A stretch of DNA of 64,000 nt from contig OZ001293.3 in NCBI GenBank assembly GCA_963921275.4, positions 2,400,001-2,464,000 of the forward strand, written 5' to 3'. Both the position numbers and the translations under genes were made by a program. The stretch's first letter is position 1; every line of letters starts with the position of its first letter. This document shows positions 11,915 through 23,835 of this stretch, piece by piece. The notes beneath the pieces were generated by a model that saw only the letters and a list, made by a program, of their open reading frames with translations, was not told the origin of the DNA and searched no databases. The stretch comes from an uncultured Hormoscilla sp. Lineage in GTDB: Bacteria; Cyanobacteriota; Cyanobacteriia; Cyanobacteriales; Desertifilaceae.

Positions 11915-12809
11915 GGGCGTGTCATCAGTTAGATTAACGATATGGGTCCCCACCAAAAATATATAACAAGATGATTGAGTTGACAACCAGGATATATTGG
12001 TGTGATCTAAGAGGGTAAAGGTTAGAGCAGGAGAATTTGAGAAATGCGTCGCTATGCTTTAAGAGATGACCAGTGGGAGAGAATCAGGGACCTATTGCCA
12101 GGTCGGGAGGGTTATGTGGGGGGGACAGCTAAGGATAACCGCTTATTTGTCTATGCTGTCTTGTATCGATATAGAGCTGGGATACCTTGGCGGGACTTAC
12201 CCGAGCGATTTGGGGACTTGAGGGTAATTCATACGCGCCATAGTAGGTGGTCAAAATCCGGGGTATGGGAAAGAGTATTCAAGGTACTTGCGTCCGATGC
12301 CGATAACGAATATGCGATGATTGATGCCACGATATAAAGGGCTCATCAACATAGTGCAGGTGCTCAAAAAAAAGATTGCGACCAAGCCATCGGACGCCGT
12401 AAAGGGGGTTTGAGTACCAAAATTCACGCGACCTGTGACGCATTGGGGAACCCAACGGGTTTTCATTTAACAGCCGGTCAAGCTCACGATTTGGAAGGGG
12501 CTGATGTGTTACTTGATAATATTAAGGCTGATGCGTTACTCGCAGACAAAGCTTCTGATGCTGACGAACGGGTTTTGAAACGTCTTGAAGCCCAGCAATG
12601 CGAACCTGTGATTCCGCCTAAATCCAATCGAAAAGAACAACGCCGTTATGACAAATATCTATACAAAGCACGTCATTTGATTGAGAATTTTTTTGCCAAA
12701 CTCAAGCAATATCGAGCCATTGCCACCCGTTACGATAAGAGGGCTCAGAATTTCTTGGGTGCTATCTACCTGGCTGCTACTGTTGTTTGGCTTAACTGAT
12801 GACACGCCC
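11915..12809 (+). mobile_element. IS5-family (IS427-like) insertion sequence
   Basis: TIR GGGCGTGTCATCA...TGATGACACGCCC with TA duplication in a CTAG site. Confidence 0.9.
12044..12799 (+). pseudogene. IS5 transposase (orfA/orfB with A-run slippery site), premature stop at 12335
   Basis: MRRYALRDDQW...GIPWRDLPERFG; IDATI*RAHQHSAGA; orfB ...RAIATRYDK. Confidence 0.85.
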
Positions 12810-12947
12810 TAGAAGTAGAAGCCAGAAAACCTTTGATTAAAGTCTCGACAGGTATCCGACTGAACCCAGACAGCCAAGCGATCGCTTCGAGACTGTTGTT
12901 TGACTCTTAGAGATCGGCCAACTGACAACCCACAACCCACAACTGAC

Positions 12948-13904
12948 ATGGTATATGCTTTCCTAACATGCGCCCTGTTGCTATTCACCATGTTGGTGAC
13001 AGTCCCCACTCAGGCTGTTGCCGACAGTTTAGCAGCAATTATCGATGACAACGCCCAGGTAGAAAAAGTGGCCACAGGCTTTGAGTTTACAGAGGGACCA
13101 GTTTGGGACGATGTTGGCTTCCTACTATTTAGCGGTATTCCCGCTAATACTATTTATAAATGGTGGGCTGCTGAGGAAAAACTAGAGGTATTTCGTCACC
13201 CTTCTGGAAATGCCAATGGCAATACTCTCGATAGTTCGGGGCGCTTGCTGACTGCGGAGTATGGTAACCGTCGCATATCGCGCACCTCCAAGGACGGCAC
13301 TGTGGTGACAGTGGCCAGTCAATACGATGGGAAACCGCTGAATAGCCCCAATGACTTGGTAGTTAAGTCAGATGGAAGCATCTACTTTACCGACCCTTTC
13401 TACAGCCTGAGATACTACAATCTCCAGAAACAGCCCGAAGAACTGGGGGTCTACGGTGTCTATCGGATAGCACCGAATGGGATAGTGACTCTCCTGGTTA
13501 AGGACTTTGCACGTCCGAATGGCATTGCCTTTTCGCCAGACGAGCAAAAACTCTACGTTAATGATTCCTAAAAAAGTCACATTCGCGTCTTTGATGTGAA
13601 GCCAGACGGCACCCTGACCAACGGACGTATTTTTGCCCAAGTGAAGGACTCCAGCAAACCGGGCGGACCAGATGGCATGAAAGTAGACTTGCAAGGGAAT
13701 GTATACTGTGCTGGACCGGGGGGACTGTGGGTTTTCTCACCGTCGGGCAATTTGCTGGGCATTATTGAAGTGCCAGAGGTTCCGACTGCTAACCTGGCAT
13801 GGGGCGACAGTGACTACAAAACTCTCTACATTACGGCAAGAACTAGCCTTTACCGAATTCATCTCAAAATCCCGGGGGGACGATCGGGACTAATCCCGTT
13901 CTAA
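12948..13904 (+). pseudogene. SMP-30/gluconolactonase family protein with in-frame stop at 13569
   Basis: FTEGPVW, LNSPND, PNGIAFSPD, GPDGMKVD; both halves are in the same frame. Confidence 0.85.
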
Positions 13905-13954
13905 TAAATCTCGCCATTTGGGCCATTGTTTTGTTCTTGAGGATAGCAGCAGAA

Positions 13955-15086
13955 ATGAAAATTGATAGTAACCGCCAAAGTGGAAAACGCTCGGTATTAA
14001 TATTGAGGAGCGATCGCACCCATGTTGACCTAGATCTAGTTCTGGCTGGTTGGGCAGAAATGGGCATAAAAACTGAGGTTTTTCATGTCAACAGGCTGAT
14101 GAATGGCGAGGTAGATTTTGATGATTTCATCAAAAAATTTCACTAAAAAATTTCACTGGTCAGAAATAGGGGCGATCGATCTGCGCTATTGCCGGGGGAT
14201 GCCGCGAAATTGGGATAAAGGATATCAGCAGATTTTTCACAAGCTGAAAGAATTTCTGGAGTTACAACAAGCAGCAGGGAATGCTATTGCCGTCAATCCC
14301 TCTTTTGAAACCTTACATTGGGTACTTGACAAAGCTGGTTATCTCTCAGAAATGCAGCAAAAGGGAATTCCGACTATTCCTACGGTTATTTGGCCCCCAT
14401 CTTCAGAGGAATTTGATTTGCTTGATTATTTTAACCGTAATGGGGTCGATCGCATCGTCTTAAAGCCAGCCGTTGGTTCGGGAACAAATGGATTAGAATT
14501 CATTAACAGAGTTAAGGGATAAAACGATCAATATGAAGTAAAAAAATATAGTAGAGATGGGAACGATAGCGGGTTACAAAAAATCATCATCTTAGAAGGC
14601 GATCGGCAGTTGCGCAGTCATTTGATAGATTACCGCCAGCGCCATAAATTACCAATACTAGTGCATAATTTTGAGGAAATCCAAGGCGAAATCTCAGCAG
14701 TATTTATTAATGGCGAACCCCATTTCGTCGAACGGACATTAGGAGAAAATACGGGAATTGCTCATGAAAAATTTGGTGGAGAAAATATATTTATTCTTCA
14801 GCCGCCACTAGCATGGCAAACCTGGGCCCACAAAATATATCAAGCCTTACCAGATGTAGCCAAAAACACGGTGTCCCTGAGGATAGATATGTTTGAGCGT
14901 CCAGATGGGGAATTAATTCTGAGTGAAATTGAAGGTGCATCCCATCGAGTATTATTCCCCGAAACACTCAGCTATTACAAAGAAGATCCTACAGGGGAAA
15001 AACAAGAAATGTCAAAACTGGAGTTAAGGGAGATTAGTTTAGTCAAAAAATATATAGAAACATTATCTCAAATGGCAGGAATGTAG
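13955..15086 (+). pseudogene. ATP-grasp (RimK/glutathione synthetase-like) ligase, disrupted
   Basis: DKAGYL, IPTIPT, VLKPAVGSG, GEISAVFING, RIDMF...LILSEIE; 13-bp duplication 14132-14157 and stop at 14520. Confidence 0.7.
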
Positions 15087-15237
15087 CAGTTTACTCATTT
15101 CATTTCTGTTATCCCATTCAGTAAGTAGTTCGTAATGATGTAATCCGCGAACTGCTTTTTTTAATGTTAGACTATATCGGTGGAAGATGGATGGCGTAGA
15201 CGCACCGTGCGATCGGGAGCTATGAGAACGCAGTAAA

Positions 15238-16089
15238 ATGACAAAAGGGAAAACAATGGACAACGCGGTACGCCGAAACTATCGCTACATCAAGGTGCAT
15301 CCGATCGCAGGTGCGATCGGGGCCGAGATCCAAGGGGTGGATCTGGCAGAACCCCTCGAAGGTGAAGTCGTTGAGGAGATTCGCCTTGCCTTTCTCGATC
15401 ACTTAGCAATCTTTTTCGCTAATCAAGAACTCACCCCCCACCAACAGCTTGCCTTCGCCCAGCAGTTTGGTCAGACAATGGAATACCCACTGATCGAGGG
15501 ACTGCCCGAATGTCCGCAGATAACACCGGTGGTCAAGCTGGAGCACGAGCGGATGAACTTCGGCGGCATATGGCATTCCGATACCACCTATCTGGAGCGT
15601 CCGCCGATGGCGAGCATCCTCTACGCTGTTGAGATTCCGCCCTACGGTGGCGACACCCTTTTCGCCAACCAGTACATGGCTTACGAGACCCTCTCGGAGG
15701 GTCTGAAGAAGACTCTCGACGGACTCGTCGGCATCAACACCTCGTCGAAGGCCCATGCCTTCCTAGGGGAAGCCAGTCCAGAGCAGGAGGTGATAGTCGG
15801 AGCCCATCCGGTCGTGCGCACGCACCCAGAGACTGGGCGGAAGGCCCTTTACGTCAACATTAATCACACAAAGCACTTCCAGGGGTGGACAGCGTCCGAA
15901 AGCCGACCTCTGCTCGACTATCTCTTCGAGCACCAAGTCAGACCGGAGTTCACCTGCCGCTTTCGCTGGCAGCGCGGTTCCCTCGCCTTCTGGGATAATC
16001 GCTGCACCCAGCACAACCCGGTGAATGACTATCACGGGTTCAAACGCATCATGCATCGCGTCACATTAGCTGGCGACAAGCCGTACTGA
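15238..16089 (+). CDS. TauD-family 2-oxoglutarate/Fe(II) dioxygenase
   Basis: IGAEIQGVDL, WHSDTTY, GGDTLF, HPVVRTHPETGRK, WDNRCTQH. Confidence 0.9.
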   Translation: MTKGKTMDNAVRRNYRYIKVHPIAGAIGAEIQGVDLAEPLEGEVVEEIRLAFLDHLAIFFANQELTPHQQLAFAQQFGQTMEYPLIEGLPECPQITPVVKLEHERMNFGGIWHSDTTYLERPPMASILYAVEIPPYGGDTLFANQYMAYETLSEGLKKTLDGLVGINTSSKAHAFLGEASPEQEVIVGAHPVVRTHPETGRKALYVNINHTKHFQGWTASESRPLLDYLFEHQVRPEFTCRFRWQRGSLAFWDNRCTQHNPVNDYHGFKRIMHRVTLAGDKPY

Positions 16090-16346
16090 GTTCCAGTCAG
16101 CCTTATGGAACCGGGCGATCGCGATGAGCATTTCGCGACATCTTTGGAAAATCCCCGCGACGGGAAAGCCTATCAGGGAAAGACTTCCAGGCACTAGACA
16201 TCTAGCAGCCTTGCAAATGGTATAACAAGCAACAGAACCCAATAACGGTTGCGTGCTTTCCTCTCTTGTGAGGTAGCGCACTGCGGGTTCCCCCGTCCGT
16301 TAGTTAAACGTAAACTTAGTCATAAACTCAGAGCAAATACTCTAAC

Positions 16347-17492
16347 ATGGAATATCGATATCACGGTACAGATATAGATGGACCTACCCTCAATCCAGAG
16401 GAACTGTACGTTCGCAATAGAAACCTGAACGACCTGATTGGTAATTTTACATTTACCGGGGCCATCTATCACTTACTGACGGGCAAAGATCCGACTCCAT
16501 TCCAAGAACAACTTCTCGATCGCTATCTTGCCAGTGCGCTTTCTTCTTTAACAGAGGATGATGCAGTCATAGAAGTGATTAAAACTGTAGTCGCCTCAGG
16601 TGCAACCTATTCTCAGGCAATTATTGCCGGGTTAATGGTTGACAAAACGAAATCATTTGAACAGACGATCGCTGAGTTTGACCTAGAGGCAATAGGACTG
16701 TCTCGAGACAGTTCTATTGGACTATATTATGTCGGTCTAATTCCTTCCTTAATGGTTATTGCGCTCGAAAAAAACCCGTGGATTAGTGATGCGAAAATAG
16801 TTAACTTGACTGGGGGTAAAGACTATATCGAAGCTGTATTTACGCTCTGTACTAACAGAAATTTTAGCAACTCAACTGAGAGAAAAATATTCAACGATAT
16901 TATGGTTAGCTTGCACGCCGGCTGGGGGTTTCTGGCTCCCTCAGTCATGTTACCCCGGGTTGCCACCAGTACCAGAGTTCCTATCGACCAAGCGATCGCA
17001 GCTGGTTTTACAGGTGCAGGACCGTCCCATGTTGGAGCCTGCGAAAAAGCAATGGAGTTCTTCACTGCCATCCACAAACACTGTTCGGGAGATATAGAAG
17101 CAGTGGCGATCGAGATGGTGTCAGAGCGCCTGGCCAAAAAGGAAAAGATCCACGGTTTTGGACACCCAATGTTTAAGGTAGATTCAAGGAACCCTCGTCT
17201 ACGGTCAATTATATCGGAGATCGATCTGCGATCGGACTTTGTTCAAATTTACGATATTACGGCACAGTTTTTGAACGAGAAACTGGGAATTTATCCAAAC
17301 ATTGATAGCATTAGCGCTGCAGTATTTTTGTCTCTGGGAATGAGACCCCCCTATGGAACGGGACTATTCCTCTGTTCGCGCACTTCGGCAATGGTTGCTC
17401 ATATTCTGGAGCAAAAAGATAAACCTCCTTTTGGTGCCACCAGTGAGGAGATTCGCAAATGGTTTGGCCCCTTTGCTGTCGGCGTGAAGTGA
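16347..17492 (+). CDS. Citrate synthase-like (citrate/2-methylcitrate synthase fold) enzyme
   Basis: GPSHVGA, GFGHP, DSR, YPNID motifs. Confidence 0.8.
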   Translation: MEYRYHGTDIDGPTLNPEELYVRNRNLNDLIGNFTFTGAIYHLLTGKDPTPFQEQLLDRYLASALSSLTEDDAVIEVIKTVVASGATYSQAIIAGLMVDKTKSFEQTIAEFDLEAIGLSRDSSIGLYYVGLIPSLMVIALEKNPWISDAKIVNLTGGKDYIEAVFTLCTNRNFSNSTERKIFNDIMVSLHAGWGFLAPSVMLPRVATSTRVPIDQAIAAGFTGAGPSHVGACEKAMEFFTAIHKHCSGDIEAVAIEMVSERLAKKEKIHGFGHPMFKVDSRNPRLRSIISEIDLRSDFVQIYDITAQFLNEKLGIYPNIDSISAAVFLSLGMRPPYGTGLFLCSRTSAMVAHILEQKDKPPFGATSEEIRKWFGPFAVGVK

Positions 17493-17781
17493 AAATTAAT
17501 AGGGGAGACATGGAAAAACCCAGTCTCTCAAGGCGATAGCGCCAGCACTGATCGAGTTCCAATTAGATGTGATCGGGTGCTGGCGGCGGCTTGAGAGGGG
17601 ATTTATAAAAAAAAGATTAAGAAAAGAAAAGGTAGGACAATCCGATGACATAATCAGAGAGATTGGTTGTGAGAGTGAGTACACCGCGCTCAGAAGCGAT
17701 CGGACAGACCGCTGGCAGGGGGATAGGCAGCAAACAGTTGTCTCCCATGGCTAACAGGGTTCGTAAATATAAAGGAGGGAA

Positions 17782-18603
17782 ATGGAAATGGTACAAGATA
17801 TAGAATTTCAAGCAGAACTGATTAGTGAAATCCTGGATTTAAAAAAGAAGGTATTGCCAGGATACTTTGCAGAACCAAGAATGAAGACAAGGCTTTATGA
17901 AGCAATCTGCTATGACGTTCTGCTTTATGACAGATTGTTACGCAAGTACGGATGTCAGCGTCGCGGAGCGATATATCTGGGCGGACATAAGGGGGAAATA
18001 CTGTTAGCATTAGTTTTATTAGGATTCAAGAAAATTATAGTAGTCGAGCCACAACCGGAATTATTTAAGCAGCTCCAAGAGCGGATTACTGTAGTCAATC
18101 AATTGTTAAGTAGTTACGACAGGCTGATTGACGGCGATCCATTTACCTCGATCGAGGTTTTTCAGAGTGCCATTGGTGCTATAGATGGCGAAGCAGAACT
18201 GTATGTGACATCAAAAACGCAGCTAAGTTCGCTCTTCAAACCAAAAGCAGAAGTGTTCAATGAGGAAAAGGTTTATTCAGAGGTAGAAGTAAGTAACAAA
18301 ATCATGGTCCCGCTCAAAACAGTTGACAGGATAATAGAAGAGTCTTCAGGAGAGATATCGGAGTTTAATTTTCTCTGCATGAACATTCAAGGAAGCGAAT
18401 TAAAAGCTTTGGAAGGGGCTAAAGAAACACTCCCTCACCTACAGGAAATCTATCTGGAAAAAAGTCTGGGATCTCGCTATGAATATTGTCCGCACCCGGA
18501 AGAAATTGACGAATACCTAGTAGATCGTAATTTTGTCAAAGTATGGGCATACTTTCCGCAAAACTATGGAGTCAGTTTCGATCTGTACATCAATCAAAAT
18601 TAA
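17782..18603 (+). CDS. FkbM-family methyltransferase
   Basis: IYLGGHKGE, VEPQPE, SSLFKP, MNIQGSELKALEGA. Confidence 0.8.
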   Translation: MEMVQDIEFQAELISEILDLKKKVLPGYFAEPRMKTRLYEAICYDVLLYDRLLRKYGCQRRGAIYLGGHKGEILLALVLLGFKKIIVVEPQPELFKQLQERITVVNQLLSSYDRLIDGDPFTSIEVFQSAIGAIDGEAELYVTSKTQLSSLFKPKAEVFNEEKVYSEVEVSNKIMVPLKTVDRIIEESSGEISEFNFLCMNIQGSELKALEGAKETLPHLQEIYLEKSLGSRYEYCPHPEEIDEYLVDRNFVKVWAYFPQNYGVSFDLYINQN

Positions 18604-18618
18604 TCGGCAAATAGCAGC

Positions 18619-18713
18619 GGGTGTGGTCATGCATGCGTTGCATTAGTAGGGTGGGCACCGCCCACCAGTAGCCGGTTTTGTCTTTTTTTTACCAACTGGT
18701 TTTGACCACACCC
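18619..18713. mobile_element. 95-bp MITE with 9-bp target duplication
   Basis: TIR GGGTGTGGTCA...TGACCACACCC flanked by AATAGCAGC on both sides. Confidence 0.75.
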
Positions 18714-18749
18714 AATAGCAGCTTTATACGTGAAACTTACTGACAGTAT

Positions 18750-20195
18750 ATGACGAGTACGCAAGACAGTGAAATAGCAATATCTAAACAATGGTGGCTC
18801 CTATTTGCTGTGAGTTTAGTAACGTTCGTGTTCTCGCTAGATGTGCATATTGTAAATTTGGCTTTGCCAACACTGGTAGAGGATTTGCATAGCGATTTTG
18901 CCACGGTTGAGTGGGTTCCTCTAAGTTATTCCCTTGTGCTGGCGGTCCTAGTGCTTTGTGTGGCTCGCTTGGGGGACATGTGGAGCAAGAAATGGCTCTA
19001 TATAATTGGACTCGCAGCATTTACCGCCAGTTCATTGGTGTGTGGAACCGCCACGACAATTTACTTATTGATCGCAGCACGGATATTTCAGGGACTTGGA
19101 GCCGTGTTTATTGCAGTACTCTCGCCCGCGATCGTGACAGAGGTGTTCCCTGATGCCAAGCGAGGACTAGCCCTGGGGATTATTACTAGCACGGGTTGGG
19201 CGGGCGTATCATTGGGACCGACGGCAGGAGGAGTGCTTATAGAGCACTTGGGTTGGCGTTCAGTTTTCTTGGTTAACGTGCCAATTTGTTCGATCGGCTT
19301 ACTGTTGGCGATGCTGACAGTTCCCAGGGGCAGTAGCAATAGGTCAAAAAAGGATTTTGATTTTTGGGGATCGTTGCTTTTGGCGATAACCTTGATCTGT
19401 TTTTTACTGGGGATGACACGCCTACAAGAAGAGGATTTAGGTGGTAATATAACCCTGGTTTTACTGGCGATCGCGGTAATTGGTTGCGTTAGTTTTTTGT
19501 GGTCTCAGAAGCAATCAGATCGACCATTGCTGAACCTGAGTTTATTTAGATCGCTGGAATTAAGTTTCAGTCTACTGTTAAGTTTTATTGGCTATATTTT
19601 TAACAGTTGTGTAATTTTCATTTTGCCCTTTTTTCTGGAACTCGTTAAGCATTATTCCGAACAACAAGTGGGGTTATTGATAGCGGTGCTACCTATATTA
19701 GGAATCTGTGTAGGCCCTGTAGCTGGCTCCCTGGCCGATCGTTTTGGCGAAAGAAGCATTAGTACGATCGGAATGACATTATTACTGATCAGCTGCTTGA
19801 CAATCAGCACCTTTAGCCAAGAGTTGACGGTTGAGGGCTATTTATTGCGGATGATCCCTTTTGGAATCGGTATCGGTTTGTTCCAACCCCCTAACCAAAG
19901 TGCGATTATGGGCAGCGTACCTCCACAATATCTCAGTGTTGCCTCCGGACTCTGGTTCTTTTCACGAGCCTTAGGTCAGGTTATGGGTATAACGCTGATA
20001 GGCATTCTGTTTTCGCGCTTAAGTGCTAGCCAAGTCCCAGCAGACACCACATTTTCAGTGACAACAGCGCCAGTTGAGGCTTTAGTATTTGGAGAACAAG
20101 CAAGTTTTCACATTATCTCTGCCATTCTTCTCCTTGCGGTAGTTATATCTGGATTCCTATGGCAGCGGTACAATCAAGCGCTCAGATTAAGGTAA
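18750..20195 (+). CDS. MFS efflux transporter (DHA2/EmrB-QacA type)
   Basis: LDVHIVNLALP, RLGDMW, ARIFQGLG, GWRSVFLVNVP; about 14 TM. Confidence 0.9.
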   Translation: MTSTQDSEIAISKQWWLLFAVSLVTFVFSLDVHIVNLALPTLVEDLHSDFATVEWVPLSYSLVLAVLVLCVARLGDMWSKKWLYIIGLAAFTASSLVCGTATTIYLLIAARIFQGLGAVFIAVLSPAIVTEVFPDAKRGLALGIITSTGWAGVSLGPTAGGVLIEHLGWRSVFLVNVPICSIGLLLAMLTVPRGSSNRSKKDFDFWGSLLLAITLICFLLGMTRLQEEDLGGNITLVLLAIAVIGCVSFLWSQKQSDRPLLNLSLFRSLELSFSLLLSFIGYIFNSCVIFILPFFLELVKHYSEQQVGLLIAVLPILGICVGPVAGSLADRFGERSISTIGMTLLLISCLTISTFSQELTVEGYLLRMIPFGIGIGLFQPPNQSAIMGSVPPQYLSVASGLWFFSRALGQVMGITLIGILFSRLSASQVPADTTFSVTTAPVEALVFGEQASFHIISAILLLAVVISGFLWQRYNQALRLR

Positions 20196-20315
20196 TATCC
20201 AGATTAATCAATTGTCTTTTGTATTAAGAGAAAAAATAATATGCTTCTAATAATAGAAATCCTTTTCAATCAGTGTCAACCCTGGCATGTTCGGGTCATA
20301 AATTTTGCTTGTCAA

Positions 20316-20667
20316 TCAATTACTGCGAATTCTTAGCCTTCCTTGTGATGCCGTAGCAATGGCCCCCGCCTGTAATTCCCGATCGTAACGCATGAGGACT
20401 TCGAGACAAACCGCTGCTTGTTGCTTGGCGGCTATATTGACCAAACGGATAATTCCGCAGTGAGGCTGACCGCGAACTATTGCTATTTCACCGAAATCCT
20501 TGTCAAGTGTAATTAAAATACGTCCTTCACGGTAGGCTATTGCCAAAATTTCACCAATCCCCTGGATCTTATAGCCATTCCCCTGCATAGATCGTATCAT
20601 AACTATAGGTTTGCAATTCTGCACGAACTCCACCCCAAACGCACGTGTCAAGTAGCAGTTTGCTCAT
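20316..20667 (-). pseudogene. DUF5615 PIN-like toxin, disrupted
   Basis: MSKLLLDTCVW...GEWL* then GRILITLDKDFGE...HCGIIRL in another frame. Confidence 0.75.
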
Positions 20668-20912
20668 TTGCTTTCTATCAGTAATGGTTCCACTCGCTCG
20701 TGACTGACTAATTTATATGCATAGACCAGGCAAGCTTGGATATCTTCTGGTTCTAACCAAGCATAATCCTCTAAAATGGTTTCTGGAGTGTCCCCTGCTG
20801 CTAACATTCCTAAGATATGTTCTACTGCCAAACGACGACCCCGAATTATCGGTTTGCCGTTGAAAATTTTGGGGTTGACAGAAATCCGTTCTAATAGTTT
20901 TAAATCGTCCAT
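20664..20912 (-). CDS. DUF433 antitoxin-like protein
   Basis: RISVNPKIFNGKPIIRGRR...ILEDYAWLEPEDIQACL. Confidence 0.85.
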   Translation of the reverse strand: MDDLKLLERISVNPKIFNGKPIIRGRRLAVEHILGMLAAGDTPETILEDYAWLEPEDIQACLVYAYKLVSHERVEPLLIESK

Positions 20913-21065
20913 CGGTCAAAAATAAATTATTTGTTTCTCTTCCATTATAGCCTCAATTTACTTGGCAGTACCACTTGATATGGGCGATCGCTTATGTTTT
21001 ATGAGGAGTGGGAAGTAAGAAGTGGAAAGTGGGGAGAGAACGCCATAGGGTAGGCGGAATACAAC

Positions 21066-21143
21066 GGGTGTGGTCAAAACCTGTTGATCCTCATGATCTC
21101 TCCCAGTCGCCGGATCCTTGTGCAACTACTTTTGACCACACCC
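21066..21143. mobile_element. 78-bp miniature inverted-repeat element, same TIR family as 18619
   Basis: GGGTGTGGTCAAAA...TTTTGACCACACCC; no clear TSD. Confidence 0.55.
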
Positions 21144-21375
21144 CCAACGGGCCAAGACCTGTTTTCAACCCCAACCGAGAGGTTTTCAACCCCAACCGAG
21201 AGGTTTTCAACCCCAACCGAGAGATTTTCAACCCCAGAGGTTTTCAACCCCAACCGAGAGGTTTTCAACCCCAACCGAGAGGTTTTCAACCCCAATTGAG
21301 AGGTTTTCAACCCCAACTGAGAGGTTTTCAACCCCAACCGAGAGGTTTTCAACCCCAACAGTGGGGCACCGGTTA
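21144..21375 (+). repeat. 21-bp tandem array (GGTTTTCAACCCCAACCGAGA)x~10 with conserved flanks
   Basis: Read directly; related copy at 42429-42622. Confidence 0.9.
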
Positions 21376-21741
21376 ACAGCTAGTAGGTGCCGGTTGAGAT
21401 AAAAGTACCCTAGAACTGCCCCAATACCTCTCGGATAGCGCGATAACTTATCGGGTGATCCCCCCAAACCCCCCCAACGAACGCGGGGGGTTTGGAGGGG
21501 ATCCGCCGCAACAAATGCATGACCACACCCGAATAAAACCTGTCCGGAGCGAGGGGGAAACCCAAACCGACATTGTAGGGATCCCCGTCAGGGCATTCCA
21601 CTTCCACGGGACGAGCGGTGACCCCGTACCATGCAGAGTGGCTCTCGATCGGAGATAAATGTAAATAAATGGAAATATATAACTATAGGATGAGCAACTA
21701 TCATCCCCAAAATAGGCAACGCCCATTGTTCCTGTCAAGCA

Positions 21742-21768
21742 TTAGCACTCTAGGGCAGAGAGTGCTAA
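21742..21768 (+). promoter_or_regulatory. CIRCE element (HrcA operator)
   Basis: Perfect TTAGCACTC-N9-GAGTGCTAA upstream of groEL. Confidence 0.95.
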
Positions 21769-21793
21769 AGTAGCTAATGGAAACAATATGTAG

Positions 21794-23461
<1,668 letters not shown>

Positions 23462-23604
23462 TCCCAGATCCGCTTTTTTTACTGTCAGAAGCCCGCATAC
23501 CGGTGATTGACTCTTAGCAGAGCCTCTATCTTCTCCTTACCAGGTTCAGCCTGGTAAGGAGGGTAGGAGGCTCTGCCTCCGTGGAGGCCAGAGGCCAAGG
23601 CATT

Positions 23605-23820
23605 GTCCCCTGATTTGCACAAGGTCTCGTCCCCTATAGCGCGGTCCATCTCCTGGCTGATTATTGCGTGCTCTCCTCTCCGCACTCGCTTAGGCGCACG
23701 GCTGGCGCCCCACATCGCGCAGCGTGGCGGCAGCCATGCGTAGCGCCATCCGTGCTTCGGGATGCGCCGATGCCCATCATAGTCCCCACCGCTAGCAACT
23801 TCTTCCATCCACTGATTCGG
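23605..23820 (-). pseudogene. Degenerate fragment of a GH19 paralog
   Basis: QWMEEVASGGDYDG...NNQPGDGPRYRGRDLVQI is similar to the adjacent gene; interrupted by a GC-rich insert. Confidence 0.6.
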
Positions 23821-23835
23821 TATATCTCGCGGGGA

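Larger units (their letters stand above)
11036..12910 (+). pseudogene. TauD/TfdA-family dioxygenase, frameshifted and IS5-interrupted
   Basis: Frameshift near 11150; HTYG where HTDG is expected; DNLRCIHGR...RLLRRVW; removing the IS restores CLEVEARKPL...FDS* ending at 12910. Confidence 0.8.

Noticed and set aside
21144..21375. 21-bp array as a CRISPR array
   Set aside because: Units are contiguous with no unique spacers, and no cas genes are present
21008..21467. Repeat-derived ORFs as real genes
   Set aside because: They are open in several frames only because the 21-bp unit lacks stops; no independent support
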